DNA of 64,000 bases. Source: Ignavibacteria bacterium. Its GTDB lineage: Bacteria > Elusimicrobiota > Endomicrobiia > PHAN01. The stretch lies in contig JBGFRZ010000082.1 in assembly GCA_041694835.1 (NCBI GenBank), positions 62,658 to 126,657 on the forward strand, read 5' to 3'. Numbering within the stretch: position 1 is the stretch's first letter; each line of letters opens with the position of its first letter. The notes under the pieces were generated by a model. It had not been told where the DNA came from and ran no database searches. It saw only the letters and a list, made by a program, of their open reading frames with translations. Below are positions 61,734 to 64,000 of the stretch, piece by piece. The position numbers and the translations under genes are program-made.

Positions 61734-63212
61734 ATGGTTTTCAAAGATTTTTATATAAAAATGAGAGATAATGTCCTTTTGGTAAAAGATGCCCCAAAAA
61801 TATACACCGCCGTTCCTTCATCCATATCAGAGCAACCTTTCAGCGAAAAAATACTGAGAGCGATATGGTTCGAGCAGAAGTTCGAGAAAAGAAACTTGAA
61901 AGTTCTCTCTTCGGAAAAACTGAGAGTCATAAACCCCGGAGAGTGGAATCCCGACACCGGACCGGATTTCAGCGGTGCGGAGTTCATCATCGGCGAACAA
62001 AAATTTAAGGCCGATGTCGAAATTCACAAGTTCGCATCGGACTGGAAAAGACACGGGCACCACAATGACAAAAATTTCTCGGGCGTCAAACTCCATGTGT
62101 TTTTGGTAAACGACACGAAAAGGAAAGAGAACGGTATTTTCCAGCTTTGTTTGGGCGAGTATATTGCAGGGCCTTTCGATTTGAATCTCGACGACTATCC
62201 ATATCAGAGTTTTGCAGGAAGGGGGTTTTGCGGCGATAACATAAATCCTTCAGATTTTGAACATATCGAAAACTTTCTGAATGATGCCGGCGACGGCAGA
62301 ATCATATTAAAATCAAAGATGTTGTCAGATGACTCCGACGAGGAGATATACTCGGGTTTCCTCAAATCCCTGGGTTACAAGGAAAACAAGAAACAGATGG
62401 AAAAACTCGCCTCGCTTGTAACTTTCAAAAAGATAAAAACCGTGGTCGGCTCGTTAAACAACATCGAAAGAGCAACCCATATACAAGCTATTTTTTACGG
62501 CGCCGGCGGTTTTTTGGAAGGCGATTTTTCCGATGATGAGGAAACCGCCCATATTGTCCAGAACTATAAGCAAATTTTTCGCGGCTACAAAAAATATTGC
62601 GGAGAAATAATGAAAATCGGAGAGTGGTGCTTCAGGCGGATTAGACCCCCCAATTTTCCTCAAAGGAGGCTATACGGAGCGAGCTTCATAATAGATGCGG
62701 CGGTAAGAATCGGTTTTCTAAATCTCGCCGTTTCGTGGGTGAAAACTCTTTCCGTTTTAACTTCAGGAAAAAACGCTCCGAAAGATATAATCAAACTTAT
62801 CGGCGACCTATTTGCAGTAGAGCCCAAGGGCTATTTCGCCTCAAGAGCAAAGTTTGGTCATAAGTGGAATTCGCCCCCTTCCTCCTTAATAGGCCCTCAG
62901 AGGGCGCTTTCGGCGGTTGTCAACGCCGTAATCCCCGTTCTATACAAATGGACTAAATCAAATGATGCGTGCCTTGAAAAGATAATCCATAGTTTTTATT
63001 GCGAACTTCCCGCGCTTGAGCCGAACAGGACCACCAGAAAAATGGGATGCTATCTTTTTGGCGGCTATTTCGGAAGGAATTTCAGGATAAAAAAGGAAAG
63101 GCAGGCACAGGGTTTGATACAGATATTTCAGGATTTCTGCGGAGACAAAAGACAGGGATGCAAAACCTGTCTTTTGCCGGATACGATAAAGAGGTTTTCC
63201 GATGAACTCTGA
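61734..63212 (+). CDS. DUF2851-family protein
   Basis: PGEWN..GPDF, DVEIH..SDWKRHGHH.D..V.LHV, RPPNFPQRR, QGLIQIF..FC. Confidence 0.82.
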   Translation: MVFKDFYIKMRDNVLLVKDAPKIYTAVPSSISEQPFSEKILRAIWFEQKFEKRNLKVLSSEKLRVINPGEWNPDTGPDFSGAEFIIGEQKFKADVEIHKFASDWKRHGHHNDKNFSGVKLHVFLVNDTKRKENGIFQLCLGEYIAGPFDLNLDDYPYQSFAGRGFCGDNINPSDFEHIENFLNDAGDGRIILKSKMLSDDSDEEIYSGFLKSLGYKENKKQMEKLASLVTFKKIKTVVGSLNNIERATHIQAIFYGAGGFLEGDFSDDEETAHIVQNYKQIFRGYKKYCGEIMKIGEWCFRRIRPPNFPQRRLYGASFIIDAAVRIGFLNLAVSWVKTLSVLTSGKNAPKDIIKLIGDLFAVEPKGYFASRAKFGHKWNSPPSSLIGPQRALSAVVNAVIPVLYKWTKSNDACLEKIIHSFYCELPALEPNRTTRKMGCYLFGGYFGRNFRIKKERQAQGLIQIFQDFCGDKRQGCKTCLLPDTIKRFSDEL

Positions 63213-63723
63213 CATAGCCCGCCACTTCTCTTTAAGGCTCCTCGCCCCATTTTTTCTCTTTTTGGGAAAAATATTTTCCGGAAGCAGAGAGTATTTTGAA
63301 AAAAAGATAGTTAAACTCAACAACGATACCGTTCGCAGTGGTAAGTTCAGGGGTTTAATCGTGCTTCTTCCCCACTGCCTTCAGTTCGACGCCTGCCCTC
63401 ACAGGGTGACTACGGACATACTTAACTGCAAATCCTGCGGAAAATGCGACATAGCCGACATATTGAAAATCGAAGAAAAATTTGATATAATAGTAAAAAT
63501 AGCCACTGGCGGTCGCCTCGCAAAAAAATGGGTTGAGGAAAACCGCTCCGAACTCGTAGTGGCAGTAGCGTGCGAGAGGGAGCTTTGCGAGGGCATTCTG
63601 GCGGTATATCCTACGAAGGTTTTTGCTATACCGAATATAAGACCGATGGGTCCGTGCATAAACACGAAAGTCAACATTAACGATTTGAAAACCGCAATCG
63701 AAAAGTTTCTTGAAAAGTCATAA
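63202..63723 (+). CDS. DUF116-family protein
   Basis: LLPHCLQ..C..CKSCGKC.I, IATGG, VAVACEREL, GPCINT. Confidence 0.85.
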   Translation: MNSDIARHFSLRLLAPFFLFLGKIFSGSREYFEKKIVKLNNDTVRSGKFRGLIVLLPHCLQFDACPHRVTTDILNCKSCGKCDIADILKIEEKFDIIVKIATGGRLAKKWVEENRSELVVAVACERELCEGILAVYPTKVFAIPNIRPMGPCINTKVNINDLKTAIEKFLEKS

Positions 63724-63794
63724 TCGGGACGACTTTTATCGTGAAACTGCCTTTCAAAGATAAAGTTTGAGAGAATATGATGTAATAAATATAG

Positions 63795-64000
63795 AGCGCA
63801 GATAAAGACGGATTCGATTGGATTAATGCAGATATTCTTAGAATTATGAGCTTTAAAATCTGCGTTCATCTGCGTTCAATTATTTTTTTAGGACGCAGAT
63901 TTTCGCAGATTTGGTAGATATTAAAAACATCTGCGCCAATTTTGTCAACATCGGCATTGAGCTGCGTTCAATTATTTTTAGGACGCAGATTTTCGCAGAT
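63795..64000. repeat. ACGCAGAT/ATCTGCGT palindromic repeat cluster with a ~40-bp direct duplication
   Basis: CTGCGTTCAATTATTTTTTAGGACGCAGATTTTCGCAGAT at about 63870-63910 and 63962-64000. Confidence 0.75.

Overview
Bacterial chromosome segment spanning the replication origin, probably from an anaerobe. PorV/UPF0164-TPR, FlgD-type Ig and FliG-domain proteins suggest Elusimicrobiota, but that assignment is inference only. Left arm (minus strand): a tandem c-di-GMP-I riboswitch leader in front of an operon encoding a small secreted FlgD/Ig-like protein, a PorV-like barrel-TPR protein, a FliF(RBM3)-TM-FliG(M+C)-TPR fusion and a >1063-aa coiled-coil protein that runs off the window; this is the top candidate for an undescribed envelope machine. 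Next is a reductive pyrimidine cluster (panC, hydA, preA, ureidopropionase) linked to a W/Mo aldehyde:ferredoxin oxidoreductase, a family III CoA-transferase, BCCP and a carboxyltransferase, interrupted by two type II R-M cassettes. Then come a GGDEF / PilB-GspE / HD-GYP block, phoA and TIGR03545/03546. Right arm (plus strand): tRNA-Leu-rpmH-rnpA-yidD-yidC-jag-mnmE-rsmA-dnaA-oriC-dnaN-dciA-gyrB-(R-M cassette)-gyrA, archease-rtcB, the aspartate-semialdehyde homocysteine synthase trio, a DUF4175-like protein and a peptidase-MA-TPR protein, a class III aminotransferase (minus strand), CpXC, DUF2851 and DUF116. Intergenic DNA carries many nested MITE-like palindromes and heptamer repeats. All family assignments come from motif recognition by eye; no searches were run.
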